Shown here in pieces: positions 33,792-48,417 of a stretch of DNA of 64,000 bases. The notes under the pieces were generated by a model. It saw only the letters and a program-made list of their open reading frames with translations. It was not told the DNA's origin and did not search any database. A program made the translations under genes and the position numbers. The stretch lies in the NCBI RefSeq assembly GCF_009914755.1, contig NC_060926.1; one strand, written 5' to 3'. Source of the DNA: the human T2T-CHM13v2.0 reference genome, Homo sapiens. The first letter of the stretch is position 1. The number at the start of each line of letters is the position of its first letter.

Positions 33792-33925
33792 TTTTGGGGC
33801 AGTGCCGTGACAATGTTGAGCCAAAAAAGTTGCCGATCAGTGAAGAGGAGCAGATTTACCCTTGGGATACCTGTGCAGCCGTTCATGATGTGAGGCTTTC
33901 ATTATTACAGCGTTATTTTAAGGAT
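33792..33925 (+). CDS. UBR3: UBR3 exon (134 nt, phase 1-0): VLGQCRDNVEPKKLPISEEEQIYPWDTCAAVHDVRLSLLQRYFKD
   Basis: aatgtag| acceptor, GAT|gtaagt donor; frame consistent with neighbouring exons. Confidence 0.92.
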
Positions 33926-34175
33926 GTAAGTACTCTTTATAAAATAGTACTTTTGTCTGCCAAGTTGATGGTTATTTCCCTCCAGAATTTTACATGTCTT
34001 TTACCAAAATGGCATTCTGATGTTAAATTTGAAAGTTTATTAGAAAAAAATTAATATGTGGATAGAAAGAAATGGAAATCTGTTAATAAACATTTCAGGT
34101 AATAAATGTGATACCTTTGTTTTAAATGTTGTTTGTTGTGTGATACACACATTCAATTAAGTGGAATGAAGAGTA

Positions 34176-35061
34176 CAGCAGGTCCTTAAATAACGTTGTT
34201 TCTTTCAACATTGTTTTGTTATAATGTTGATGAGAAAAAAATAAATTCCCTACTGGGGCCACTGTCAGTGGGGAATTTATGTGTTCTCCCCATGTCTTTA
34301 TGGGTTTTGTCTGGGTATTCCAGTTCTTCGTACTTCTCAAAGATGTGCTGCACATTAGGTTAATTAGCATGTCTAAATTGTCCTGGTATGAGTCAGTATG
34401 GGTGTGGATGTGAGTGTGTCCTGCCATGGGATGGGGTCCTGCCCAGGGTCGATCCCTACCTTGTGCTCTGAGCTGCGGGATAGGCTCCAGCCACTTATGA
34501 CTGTGAACTGGAATAAGTAGGCTGGAAAATGAATGAAATAATGAAAACATATTAATTTTTTTAATTTATAAATTTATAAAGTATATGATAAAGTAAAAAT
34601 TTATAAAGTATATGATAATTATACAGCTGCATAATAACGATGTGGTATGAAAGGGCTCAGTGAACCCGCATATTTGTTATTGTTTGTTTTTAAACTGCAT
34701 GGTAATAGGAAGTGCTCTTTAACGATTTTCACTTTGCAAACATTTATTCCTTAATTTAACCCATCACCACTACTACTGACAGCACTCATTGTTTTGTCAA
34801 AAATTGGGTAAATCGTTATCTTGTTTTTATTAAACTTTCTCAAATGTATGCATACTCCGCATTTATTTCAGTGTTTCGTATTAGAAATGTTTTAGGTCTT
34901 TAGAAGTTTTGATGATGTTTTTGTAATCAGAAATATACTACAGGAATTTAACTCTTGTTTATATCAATTAACCTGTGGTTAAATTAGTTTTGTTCCACAT
35001 CATTTGCTTAAAGTCACAGTTTCCAAGAACCTATTGATAACATTAAAGTGAGGACTTAATG
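34176..35061. mobile_element. Tigger3-type DNA transposon derivative
   Basis: TA-flanked ends cagcaggtccttaaataacgttg.. and ..aacattaaagtgaggacttaatg. Confidence 0.7.
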
Positions 35062-35699
35062 TATTAACTCTGTAGAAACTTTTATTATGGTAGGAATGTT
35101 GTATGAAGATTTTTGCCTCCCTCTTTTACTTTCATTTAAAGATATATAATAAAATTTCATTATGATACTTTTAAAATGTGAAGTAAGGATGGATTTGATT
35201 CATATCTGCTACGACTTCTTACAAACTTAGTAGTTTTTTTTCAGGCTCTGACACTCAGAAGTATCTGAAGGCCTTCAACATAAACTTTAGTAGCAGCAGC
35301 ATTGTTAACGTCTTTTTAAAATTTCTGTATTCCTTTTGATGTTTCCTGAGTGGATTATCAAATGGGGTTTCCTTTCTCCTGTTGTAGTTTTTTAAATCTA
35401 CTGTGTCTTGAATTAAATAAATGTAAGATATTAGCTTAAAATATAAAGTAAAACATTATTTTTAGTTAGCTATATAACATGATTATATGGATAGATTTCC
35501 AAATAGAACTTCTTTCTTGCCCATAAATCCATTGGTTGAAGTGGAAGAAATTAGTAAGATAAGTGGAAGACAGAATACATAATCAGAATAAATAGGAACT
35601 GACCTAGTGATGATAAGAGCCAGAGTAGAGTCTGGTTCCTTAATATGCTAGGCTGACAAGAAGGTTTCTGGTGGCTTCTGCAGGAGCTGATGGACCTAC

Positions 35700-35865
35700 A
35701 GGGAGGTATTGTGTAGAGTAGAAAGAGTCCTAGACCAGAAAAACTGGGGTTTGGTCCTGATTCTGCCATTTCTGAGCAATGTGAGCTTGGCCAAATCCCT
35801 TAAGTGGTCTGAGACTCAATTTCCTCATCTGTAAAATAGGGCTGATAATGATCTTTCATGCAGTA
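35700..35865 (+). mobile_element. MIR
   Basis: cctgattctgccatt..tgtgagcttgg..ctgagactcaatttcctcatctgtaaaatagg core. Confidence 0.75.
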
Positions 35866-36157
35866 ATCACCAGGTTAGGGTTCACTCTGCATATAGGTCA
35901 CTCTGCATATAATACAGGTCAATATAAATGTAAAGTGATGTTTTAAATATTCAAGCTATCCCATTTAGGAAGGCTAGGTTAGGCCTGTTAGACAGTTTGG
36001 GTTAGGTAATAAGGGTCATGCTTCCGTATATTTTCAGAGACTTTAAAATGAAATTATGGTTATTTTGTAGCAGTCTCTGTATGTGTGTGTGTATAAATAC
36101 ACGTATGTGTGTACACATATTTTCACACTTTTTTCTTTGTTCTTTATTGCTTTGGAC

Positions 36158-36464
36158 TTTTTTTTTTTTTTTTTTTTTAGATAGAGTCTCACTCCATCGC
36201 CAGGCTAGAGTGCAGTGGTGCGATCTCAGCTCACTGCAACCTCTGCCTCCTGGGGCCTGGGTTCAAATGATTCCCCTGCCTCAGCCTTCCGAGTAGCTGG
36301 GACTACAGGCGCCCACCACCATGTCCGGCTAATTTTTTATATTTTTAGTAGAGACAGGGTTTCACCATGTTGGCCAGGATGGTCTCGATCTCTTGACCTC
36401 GTGATCTGCCCGCCTTGGCCTCCTAAAGTGTTGGGATTACAGGCGTGAGCCACCATGCCCGGCC
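36158..36464 (-). mobile_element. AluS (Sc-like)
   Basis: Antisense dimer; TSD tgctttgga. Confidence 0.9.
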
Positions 36465-36620
36465 TGCTTTGGATTTTTTTTTTTACAGGATACATATATT
36501 ACTTTATTAATCAGAGACCAATAAATATTTTATTTTCAAGGAAAATTGGGAAACAATGCTAAGTTCTGCTTTTGCAGAAATTTACTACCACCTTATTTAG
36601 ACTTTATTTTTTTGTCATAA

Positions 36621-37498
36621 CGACACAGGATTCTTTTGGTGCCACTTCACTAGGCAGAAACCTCTGTGGCTGGTGGCACCTCTGCCTGGGCTTCACTCGG
36701 GCCCACTGGGCTCACTCTACCCAGGCTGGCTGGCAGGCTGCGCTCAACTCGCTCCCCAGCCTGGATCCCGCAACCACTGCAGCTCCAAGCTCTTCCTGTG
36801 GTGGGGCCAGGTGTGCTGCAAGCAGCTTCTATGGCTGGGTGCCAGCATTCAAATGAGGGGGATGCAGTGGCACCCGAAAACTCAGAGACACCAGCAACCA
36901 CAGAGCCCCAAGGGGGTGTCACAGCTTCTGCTTGGGGAGTGCTGAGGTCTGGGCCCCCAGAAGGGTCACAGCTCTTCACTCCCGTAGTCTAGTGAATGGA
37001 GGCATGTCACAACTCTTTTCATTTCCGCTACCCACAGCTCTGTGAGCCGGCCAGGAGCATGTTACAGCCCTTTTTGCTCCTGCCATTTGGTGGGTAGGTT
37101 CTTGTCCCACAACCAAGAAGAATGAAGTACATGGACACCAGAGAGTGAGCAAGGCAGAGAAGAATTTTATCAAGTGACAGAAAAGATCTCAACAACAAGA
37201 GGGGACCTGAAGTGGGTAGCCTTCTGTGTGAGAGGGGGCCTGAAAATGGGTAGCTGCCTTGTGACTGAGTCCATGGTTTTCATGGTCTCAGAATGGGGGA
37301 GTGCATGCTGAATGATCCATGTGTGGACCTGATAAAAGCACCATTTGATTTTCAAGGAAGTTCTCACTCCAGTCATGGATTCTACCTGAAACTGCAGCTC
37401 GGTTTTCAGGCTTTAAATTGTCTGTGGTTTGGAGGTTGGGTTTCACCAGGGACCTGGCCCTGTCTGTCTAGGAATTTGTCTGTCTCCTGCCACTATCA
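36621..37498 (-). mobile_element. ERV1 solo LTR, MER52-like
   Basis: Reverse complement starts TGATAGTGGCAGGAGACAGACAAATTCCTAG; 4-bp TSD ATAA at 36617-20 and 37499-502; GC-rich body. Confidence 0.75.
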
Positions 37499-37616
37499 AT
37501 AATCCTGGTTTTAATTTTTATCATTTTTAATTAGACCTGGCCCTGTCTGTCTAGGAATTTGTCTGTCTCCTGCCACTATCAATAATCCTGGTTTTAATTT
37601 TTATCATTTTTAATTA
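37451..37616 (+). repeat. Perfect 83-bp tandem duplication
   Basis: Identical copies at 37451-37533 and 37534-37616. Confidence 0.95.
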
Positions 37617-39305
37617 CTTTAGAGTAAACAGGTAAAGATGAATCCCAACACCAAATAGAAAACTTTTTAAAAATTCAATCAAAATAAACCTAGACCTAAG
37701 AGCATAATAATTTTGAGGGAAGAGACGATCTAATAAATGGGAGCAAAAAGTTAGGGTATCTCTTTTTTGCAGCCAGAGTAATTATTCATTTCTAGAAAAA
37801 AAATCTTTTTTATAAAAAGTCTCCGAGCTGAAATCTGAGTTGGATTATACTCTGTTGTGTTTCTGTTAGTGATTGTGAGATTTTTATTCCTACATCATTA
37901 CTTTTGTATGCTTTTATAAGACCTGTTTTATGTATATATGGCATTTTCCCTAGACTGCATACCTCTGGAGGTCCAGGGCTATGCCTCATGTTGATTCAGG
38001 GGCTAGCACATGCTATGTGTGTTGTAGATGCTTACTGGGTTTCTTCCTGAATTACTCTAAACATAAGAGTACCAGAGTGGTAGCTGGACCAGACTGTATA
38101 GAGCAGAAGAATGACTATCAGTGGGCACTGATATTGATTATAGGATTAAACTGTAGATTCTACTGTCTTCAGATTAAATGCATGCATTTTACAGAATTGA
38201 CATGTAGAATATTAGTTATATAAGACAGTGCATTCACGGTAGAAACTGGAAGTGTAACACATGGGAAATATGACACAACAGAGAGAAGGAACCTGAGCTG
38301 TGGAGTCAGACAGACTTGGGTTTGAACTTATAACTTAGTGATCTTGGTAAAGTTATCATTCCTCTCTTGTAAAAAGGGATAACTCCAGCTTCTTTATGAG
38401 GTTTTAGTAATTATTGAGGTTGTGACATTTCAGTGTTAGGCACTTAGCACAGTGGTGGATACTTGAGGTCTCCCTAAAATACTAGTCTCACATTATTAAG
38501 TGTTATCCTGCATTTTTTGACTGGCAAACTCAAATGTCTAAAAGTTGTATAGACGAATGACTCATTGTTTCCAGTTTTAAAAGCTAGCCATTTTTATTAA
38601 AAATACAGATTAATTGCCTTTTTGTAGTATAGTGCCAAAGAGAGCAGCTGGTTTATTAACGGACTACCAATCATTCTAAAATGATCTAACTCCAAAATCT
38701 GCTTCTATTTCAAGCAGCTCCAAAACATAAAACAAAGATGAGCAGGCCTCCTGTTGTTTTTCTGATTTGTAACAGTAGAAGCCTGCTCACCAGCTGTATT
38801 TGATTTATGCAGCTTCACATCTTTAAATTGGCTGGGAAGTCATTTTGTACTATGTAATACACAGTACTTTCAACTTTAGATACTCGTGAAGAGTCTTCAT
38901 TTAATATCGGAACTTTGTTTACTGTCATTTAAAGATCATTGGTCATCTTACATTATAAAAATAAAATTTAAAGATTGATTCAGTTTTTTAAGCATGTAAG
39001 TACATGCTTGTTTGATGGCTCTCAAATCTTTCATCATATGTTGCCAGTCCTGTTAGATCTTGTGCCTTCATATTGCTCTGGCCCACCCATCTATTTACTA
39101 CAGATTGTAGAGAATGAATTAAAGTTTGGGCCCAAATGCTATTTGACAGAGGCCAATTGATGAAAATTCTAAGAAAGAGATTTTAGGAGAATAAGTCTTC
39201 AGCCTATTTATAGATTTAGAGGGAGGAATTAGCAATGAAAGCGAAGTTGAAGATGTAAAAGAGAAAGGAAAGATGAAAGAAAGAAACTTTTAAAACAAAT
39301 TTGGA

Positions 39306-39628
<323 letters not shown>

Positions 39629-40766
39629 AATTTGGAAAGGATATATAGTTTGCTTATATAGTCTGGGTCCCTTCTTTATTGTATATTATATTAAGACCTT
39701 GTAAATATTAAGGCATGTTTTTGGGTTATTCTTGTGACTAGATTTGTACTTTATAAAGCTGTATGGAGGTTACATCATGGAGAGAACAAATTTGAGTTAA
39801 GGAGACGAGTTAAGAAACTGTTTAAGAACCACTTCTCCCACTCCGTGGGATATAGACTTGAATATTATGTACTGGAAATGAAGAGGAAAGACCAAAATCA
39901 TGAATTATTTAGGAGACAGAATCCATATGATTTGGGAACTGATATTGTGGTATGAAGGTAAGAGTGTGATATAGAATGACTCTTGGCTTTCTGACTTGGT
40001 GACTAAATAGATTGTGGAGTTATTGAACCAAGAGGAGGGAGATGATTCATGGAGAAGATAACAATTTACGTTTTTGGCACATTGATTTTATATTGTCTGT
40101 GGGACATTAAACTGGAGATTTCTGAGTGGCATGAGTACTTGTATCTAATGGTCAGGCAAGAGATCTAAGTTTGCAGGGTAGTCAAAATTACTGCTTAAAT
40201 CACTAGGAAAAATAGTTTTAATGAGAAGAGACTTGCACTGAGAATAGAACCTTGAGGATTAGAGGAATAGACATTGAAGGGGTAAGCGAAGAAAAAAAGA
40301 TCCTTAGAAGGAAGGCTGAGAAAAACAGTTAAAGAGGCAGGAACGAAACCGAGAGAGTAGCATTAAACCAGAGGAAAGTAGGCGTTTCAAGAAGTAAGTT
40401 GTTAATGTCAGAAATCATAGAGAGATTCAGTACCATACTTTATCTCAGCAACAGTATAGTTCATACTGAACTATAGTGTAATATTGAGAGCATATATTTT
40501 ATGGAGCGGACAAAGGCTAGTTCATAATATTTATTCTCTTTCATTATGAGTATAGAAGTTTGGGAGCTACAACTTCATGGTATTCCAATTTTAAAGATAG
40601 TGCCTGAAGACTATCTAGTCAGGCATTAATTGATATCACAAGAATAGAAACTCCACATTAATATAAAAATAGGAAATCATGCAGAGGTTTATGTGGACAT
40701 ACTAATATTTAAATATGTTTGTACTTCTTTAAAATTAATTGTATTTGTCTTCTTTTTATTTTGAAG

Positions 40767-40877
40767 AGTTCATGTCTCTTGGCAGTATCAATTGGCTGGG
40801 AAGGAGGTGTTTATGTACAAACCTGTGGTCACACATTACATATAGATTGTCATAAATCTTACATGGAATCATTACGG
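40767..40877 (+). CDS. UBR3: UBR3 exon (111 nt, phase 0-0): [37 protein letters not shown]
   Basis: Polypyrimidine tract + ttgaag| acceptor, CGG|gtaagt donor; TCGHxxHxxC is the UBR1/2/3 RING-H2 core motif. Confidence 0.95.
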
Positions 40878-41076
40878 GTAAGTTGATTGCAAAAATTTTT
40901 TAAAGGTGCATGTATCTTTCCAGGTATTAAATCTTTTTATAGTATATACATCCCAATTCCAGCTCATCTTTTTAGGTGATTTTGATCATCGTATAAACTA
41001 TCCAGTCTCACTTTAACACAGACCTGTTCAACTTCAAGGATTTTCATTTTTTAATTTCAGTTTCATTTTAGCAACT

Positions 41077-41434
<358 letters not shown>

Positions 41435-43043
41435 TCACTTTAGCAACTGACTTTCATGGCTGCACTTTAGACTTTGCTACTCTCTCTGAAATATTAAGCT
41501 TTAATATCCTACCATGTCACCTTATGATTCTCACATAAGTTCTCTTGTCTTCACTCTCATTATTGTGATTTGCCTCTGACATCAAGATCTATAGTCCTTT
41601 AACCCTTTGAATTTTTTCCTAGTGTATTAGCTCTTTGCTATCCTCACTTTCTTGTACTATACCCATTCTATTCTTGTCAATCTCATTTAATCAGCCTCCT
41701 TTGATTTTAGACCCAGTCAGCTATCCCAGCTTGAAAAGTCATAAAACTAGGTTAATGATTATTATCACAAACTTGTGGCTTCCTGTAACAGTGGCTTAGA
41801 CTAGGGTTATGGGCTATAAATACTGCCTATTAATTCATTTACCTGTCTTTGATCAGTTCCCTCTCCCATTTTCCTCAGCAGCTATTCCAAACCTTTGCCT
41901 CCCCAAGATTCATTTCCTCTTAACAGATTCTGTCTCTTCCTTTGTCATTAAGAAAACAGCGTCTGTTGTCACATTCCCTTAGATTCCTATCTTGCTTTTC
42001 TGTTCCCTGATAAATGAGTCCAACATCCCAGCCAGTCTTTTCTTTGCTACTCTTTGAGGTAGTACTGTAGCCCTTCTTCTGTTCAGGAATAACTTTTCTG
42101 CCTGAGCTCTGGTAGACCTTTCTCCCCAACACCTCAGGGGCCTTAATTCATCAGTAGGTAACTTCTTTTTCTTCTGTATTTTCAGTTTTTCTGCCTCTTC
42201 TGCCCCTTCTCAGCTCATCAGGAGCTGAGTTCAAACCTCTCCCATTCAGAATCCTTCCCTGGATGTTACATTTTCTTATTTTCCTATAGCTGAAGACTTC
42301 TCTTTCTCCTTCAGTGTAACTTTTATTTTATTTATTTATTTATTTTTGAGATAGGGTCTCACTCTGTTTCCCAGGATGGAGTGCAGTGGCTCGATCATAG
42401 CTCACTGAAGCCTTACGCTCCTGAGTTCAAGCAGCACAACTTCTTAAAAGCAACTTCTTAAATACAGGTCTACTATATTCTCATGTTCCTAACTCAGAAG
42501 CAGTAGATATCTCTTTTTTCCTTCCTATTCCTCACCTCTCACTTTCAGTCCCTTACCAAAATTCTATTGATTCTGCCTTCTAAATCTCACTTGACTATAT
42601 TCTACCTTCATTAATCCCACTGCTACTTTTTTGTGTATGCCTTCCTCACTCATCTTGATTATAGGAATTGCTTTCTTACTGATTTCCTTATTCCAGGTGT
42701 AACTTATTTACTACATTGAGCTTTCTAAAATTTAAATCAACAATACGTGTTGTTGGCTTAAAATCTCTTGCTGTCTTCCTCCTGATAGGATAAAGTTCAC
42801 TATTCTCTGAATGGCATTCAGGTACTCCAGGATCTGGTCTTGCCCATTGCTTTAGTGTTGTCTTCCATCAGTTCAACATTAATAAGCTAATTACTAGTTC
42901 CTTAAACACATTATGCATTTTTCATATCCCTGTATTCAACTATTCCTTCAGCAAATATTTATTCAGTATCTACAGTGTTCCAGATACTATGATAATCATT
43001 GTGGATACAATGGTACATAAGGCACAGTTCCTTCCCTCAATGA

Positions 43044-43416
<373 letters not shown>

Positions 43417-44032
43417 ATCTGCCAGGTTCCAGAACATTTTGATGAAGTAAGGTGCTTGAGTGATGAGAGATTAGACAGGATAAGTAGTTAAGGTTTACAT
43501 TGTAAGGGGCCTTCTGGTCCATTTAAAGAATTTGGACTTTATGTAGATTCCTTAGAGAAAGCCATTAAAGACTCTTAAGCAGAAATATAAAATGTCCAGA
43601 AGAGTCATTGTGACAGTTGTGGAGAAAGGGAATTGCAGAAAAGTAAGAAAAAATGTGGTGGGGGCTTGGACTTACTCATGTCTATGAAAATGGAGAGGAG
43701 AATATAGATTTGAAATATATTTAGAAGGACAGTCTTCTGGAGCACGAGGGGGAAGAAGGAATCAACGTGATAGGTGATGATGACACTGAAAGATTTTGAT
43801 TGGAAATAACAAAGTCTCACATTAGACATTAGACACTAGACACATTAGGTCATGTAGTGGTATGTTTGGGAGACTACTTAGGAGAGAGATGAGTAAAGGT
43901 GATAGAAGAAAGTAGCTGGAAGGATTGATGGGGTTAATTAATTATATATTTGTGATGGGAGAGGGCAGGATGCTGAAGGAGTTGCCATGAGTCTCTTCTG
44001 TCTGAGATATGAGGTATAACCTCATGCTCCTA

Positions 44033-44721
<689 letters not shown>

Positions 44722-46466
44722 CCGGGAAAACCACTTTGGGATTGGATGAGAGAGTGCTTCCTAGGATGTAGAGAAAGAGTGCCAGGCAGTATTCAAGGAC
44801 AAAGTTGAGGTTGGAAACAGTTTGTAGCAAGAAGGCATTTTATTTTTCTCTGACAACACTCAGTTTGAGTGCAGAATTGGAGACGGCATACATTGGATTA
44901 ATTTAATATGAAGGCTTTGTTTGGTGTGAATGATGAAAGGACACATAGAGGGCGAGTGGGAAATGTTGCCATGAGTTTTTGAAGTGGTAGACAATGGTGT
45001 GCAGATAGGATAAGAAAAACCTGATGAACTGGGAGAAAAAGAAGGGAGTAAAGGAGGTGGAAGTTGGTAGTCAGAATATAAGATGTTTAAATTTAATATT
45101 TTCAGATCACGAGTAATTTTGAGTTATTACAGGACAAGGATGTTGTTATGGTAACAGGTGCTGGAGTAGAGTGGAGGCCAAAACTATAGGAGCTGATGAG
45201 GTTAAGGAGCTGAAGGACTAAGGTATAAGATTGGTTGTATACATATATAGTGAAACTGCATAGGAAGATGCAGGACTTGGAGTGATGAGGAAAACATATC
45301 GAGGTACCAAAGTCTTCAGTGGTTGCAGGCAGTAGGTGGCAGTGAAAAGGAAGGAAAAGGATAGTATTGCTAAATGACATGAGCCACAAAGACAAGGGAA
45401 TGCAGGAGTAATGATCTGGGGCCAGCACCAGAGGGTGCTGAGATGTGAGAGATGTAGGAGGGTGAGTTGAGAGGGTTTCTGGGGGTGCTTCAGGAGAGAA
45501 CCCAGCTTCAGTTACAGCAAAAAAGAGTATCTAGCATTCTTTGGAATTAAGGCTGTCAAGAGGCTTATCACAGAATGTTCTTCTGTGACCAGGACCCTTG
45601 CCCCAATTTTTTAGCACACTTTTTTGTGTATTTTTAAAACTTAGCTCACAAATCTTCTTCTCTGGAAAGGCTTCTCTGTTGTGGCATTTATCACACTAAA
45701 TTTATTTGCCTGATTTTGCTTTTAAATCGTGAGTACCTTAAGAAGGAAAAATGTATCTTAACTCTTTATGCTATCACCTTGCACAGCATTTATCACATAG
45801 TAGGAGCTTAGTAAATGTTTGTAGAATTGGATTTAGGAAGATATGTTGTTACATTTTTAAGGACTTAAAAAGTTAATGTCAAAAAGTGAAAAATAGAATT
45901 CATAGTTCTCTTAGTCAAAGTACTTGAGATGCAAGATATAATGAAATGAGCACTAACTCAGTTGTCCAATCAGTTGTATTTAGCAGTTAGACCCCTTAGA
46001 AGTCACTTTTTTTGAGGCTTATTTACTCTTAAAAGCTATTTATCCTAGATCAAAGAACATGAGCATTGGGATAATCTTCCCAGTAGTCAGTTACAGATTA
46101 TGAAAACAGGGGTATGGGGTAAGAGGAGGGCAACCCACTTTAATGTGGCCTGTTTTTTGAATTATTCTTTATCTTAAATCCACATTTCAGATTAATTGCA
46201 CCATCACTTGAAAGTTTCATATTGAGAGAAGAGTAAGATACTTAAACAGTGTATTGGTGAGGGCAAGTGTTACGTAATTGCTATGATGTAAGAAGTGATT
46301 TGGTGAACTTTAACAGTTAAATGAAGGATTTTGTTTATTTCTTTATGACATATATTAGAGATGTCTTTTTTCTATGGTTTATTAATTTACTATAAAATGG
46401 GTGGTATAATTTTTGTTTTCTATGAATGTGTATATCACGCATCTGTATGTTTATTTCGTCTTTTAG

Positions 46467-46667
46467 AATGACCAGGTTCTTCAGGGCTTCTCGGTGGACA
46501 AAGGAGAATTCACGTGTCCACTCTGTAGGCAGTTTGCTAACAGTGTTCTTCCATGTTATCCTGGAAGCAATGTGGAAAATAACCCTTGGCAACGTCCTAG
46601 CAACAAAAGCATACAAGATCTCATAAAGGAAGTGGAGGAGCTGCAGGGACGACCGGGAGCTTTCCCA
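46467..46667 (+). CDS. UBR3: UBR3 exon (201 nt, phase 0-0): NDQVLQGFSVDKGEFTCPLCRQFANSVLPCYPGSNVENNPWQRPSNKSIQDLIKEVEELQGRPGAFP
   Basis: cgtcttttag| acceptor, CCA|gtaagc donor; EFxCPLC..N..LP motif of UBR-family RING. Confidence 0.95.
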
Positions 46668-46952
46668 GTAAGCATCAGTGTAAGGCATAAATATCCTGGT
46701 TAACTCAGCTCTGATTTTCTGCTTTCATTTTAATTCAGTTTATAAATTACTCTGGACTTTTACATATTTAGTAGAAATTGCTTTTAGAGGTTTTGTTCTC
46801 TTCTATTTATACTTAAATAAAAGTAATAGAACAAATTATTATCAAAGGCTATACTTCTCTTTAGGCTAAATTCTGAGTTTTAATATACATCTTCTAGGTC
46901 AAGAACCCCTATAGGTTTAGATGGAGTTAGCCTCTTTTAAGATGTTCAAATA

Positions 46953-47350
<398 letters not shown>

Positions 47351-48280
47351 AGATGTTGAATTATTTAAAAAACAAGCTATATATACTCTGTGTGTGTGTG
47401 TGTGTGTATGTATCTCAATATAAAACACAATTTAATCACTTAAAAATATGCCCATTAGGTATATTAGGATTAAGAAGATATATTTACACAGACATGCACA
47501 TGTATTTACTGTGTGTATGTGTATTCGAGAGATAAAATATTGTGTAATTGATTGAACTGTTCATCACAAGTCAGACTACTGTAGGGGGGAACTCATCTTT
47601 TATCCCATCCAGTAGGATTTGTTTGGTCTAAATTCTTAAAATATTTCACCTTCATAAAAAAAAATTTCACCTTCATTATAGATTTGTGATATGGTCTCTG
47701 AGAGAAGTGACAGCTGTGTCTGGTTTATGTAGTAAATTTGTGAAAATTGTGAATATTTGACTTTTGAAACAGAAATGCATACTTTAAACCTAGATAGATT
47801 CATCTGGCAATTCCCTTTCTCAAGCGAAGACTAATTTTAGAATTTGTGGTCTTTTTAAAATTTTATAAATCCAAATTCTTATGTGTTTAAAATATGCTTA
47901 AACTTACGGGACATTGATATTATTCTTTGAAAAATGAACTTAAATGAAAGTCAGGTTTTTTATAGACATGGAAACTTTGTTCTAACATATTATTTTAATA
48001 CCATCATCTCATTGGCTTAGCATAATTTATGTGGTTAATTCATAGTTGGATTACAGTGTTACCAGTCACAATGTAGAATTAGAATAAAAGATCACTGTTT
48101 AGAGAGTATTTTTTGATTGGTTTAACTTTGTACACTAAATATATTTATAATAGATAATGTTCTGTTTTGACTTTTTAATTTTAATTTCCTACTATGTTCA
48201 TATAATAAACATTCTAGTTTCAGACCATTATTAAAGAAAGTGAATATAAACTTTATATGTATGTTTGCATTTTTTTATAG

Positions 48281-48417
48281 TCAGAAACAAATTTAAGTAA
48301 AGAAATGGAATCTGTAATGAAAGATATAAAAAATACCACTCAGAAGAAATATAGAGACTATAGCAAGACCCCGGGCTCACCAGACAATGATTTTCTCTTT
48401 ATGTACTCCGTTGCTAG
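48281..48417 (+). CDS. UBR3: UBR3 exon (137 nt, phase 0-2): SETNLSKEMESVMKDIKNTTQKKYRDYSKTPGSPDNDFLFMYSVA(R)
   Basis: ttttttatag| acceptor, AG|gtaggt donor; open frame. Confidence 0.9.

Noticed and set aside
36572-37502. Overlapping ORFs and GC-rich island as a gene or promoter
   Set aside because: Fully inside a TSD-bounded ERV1 solo LTR
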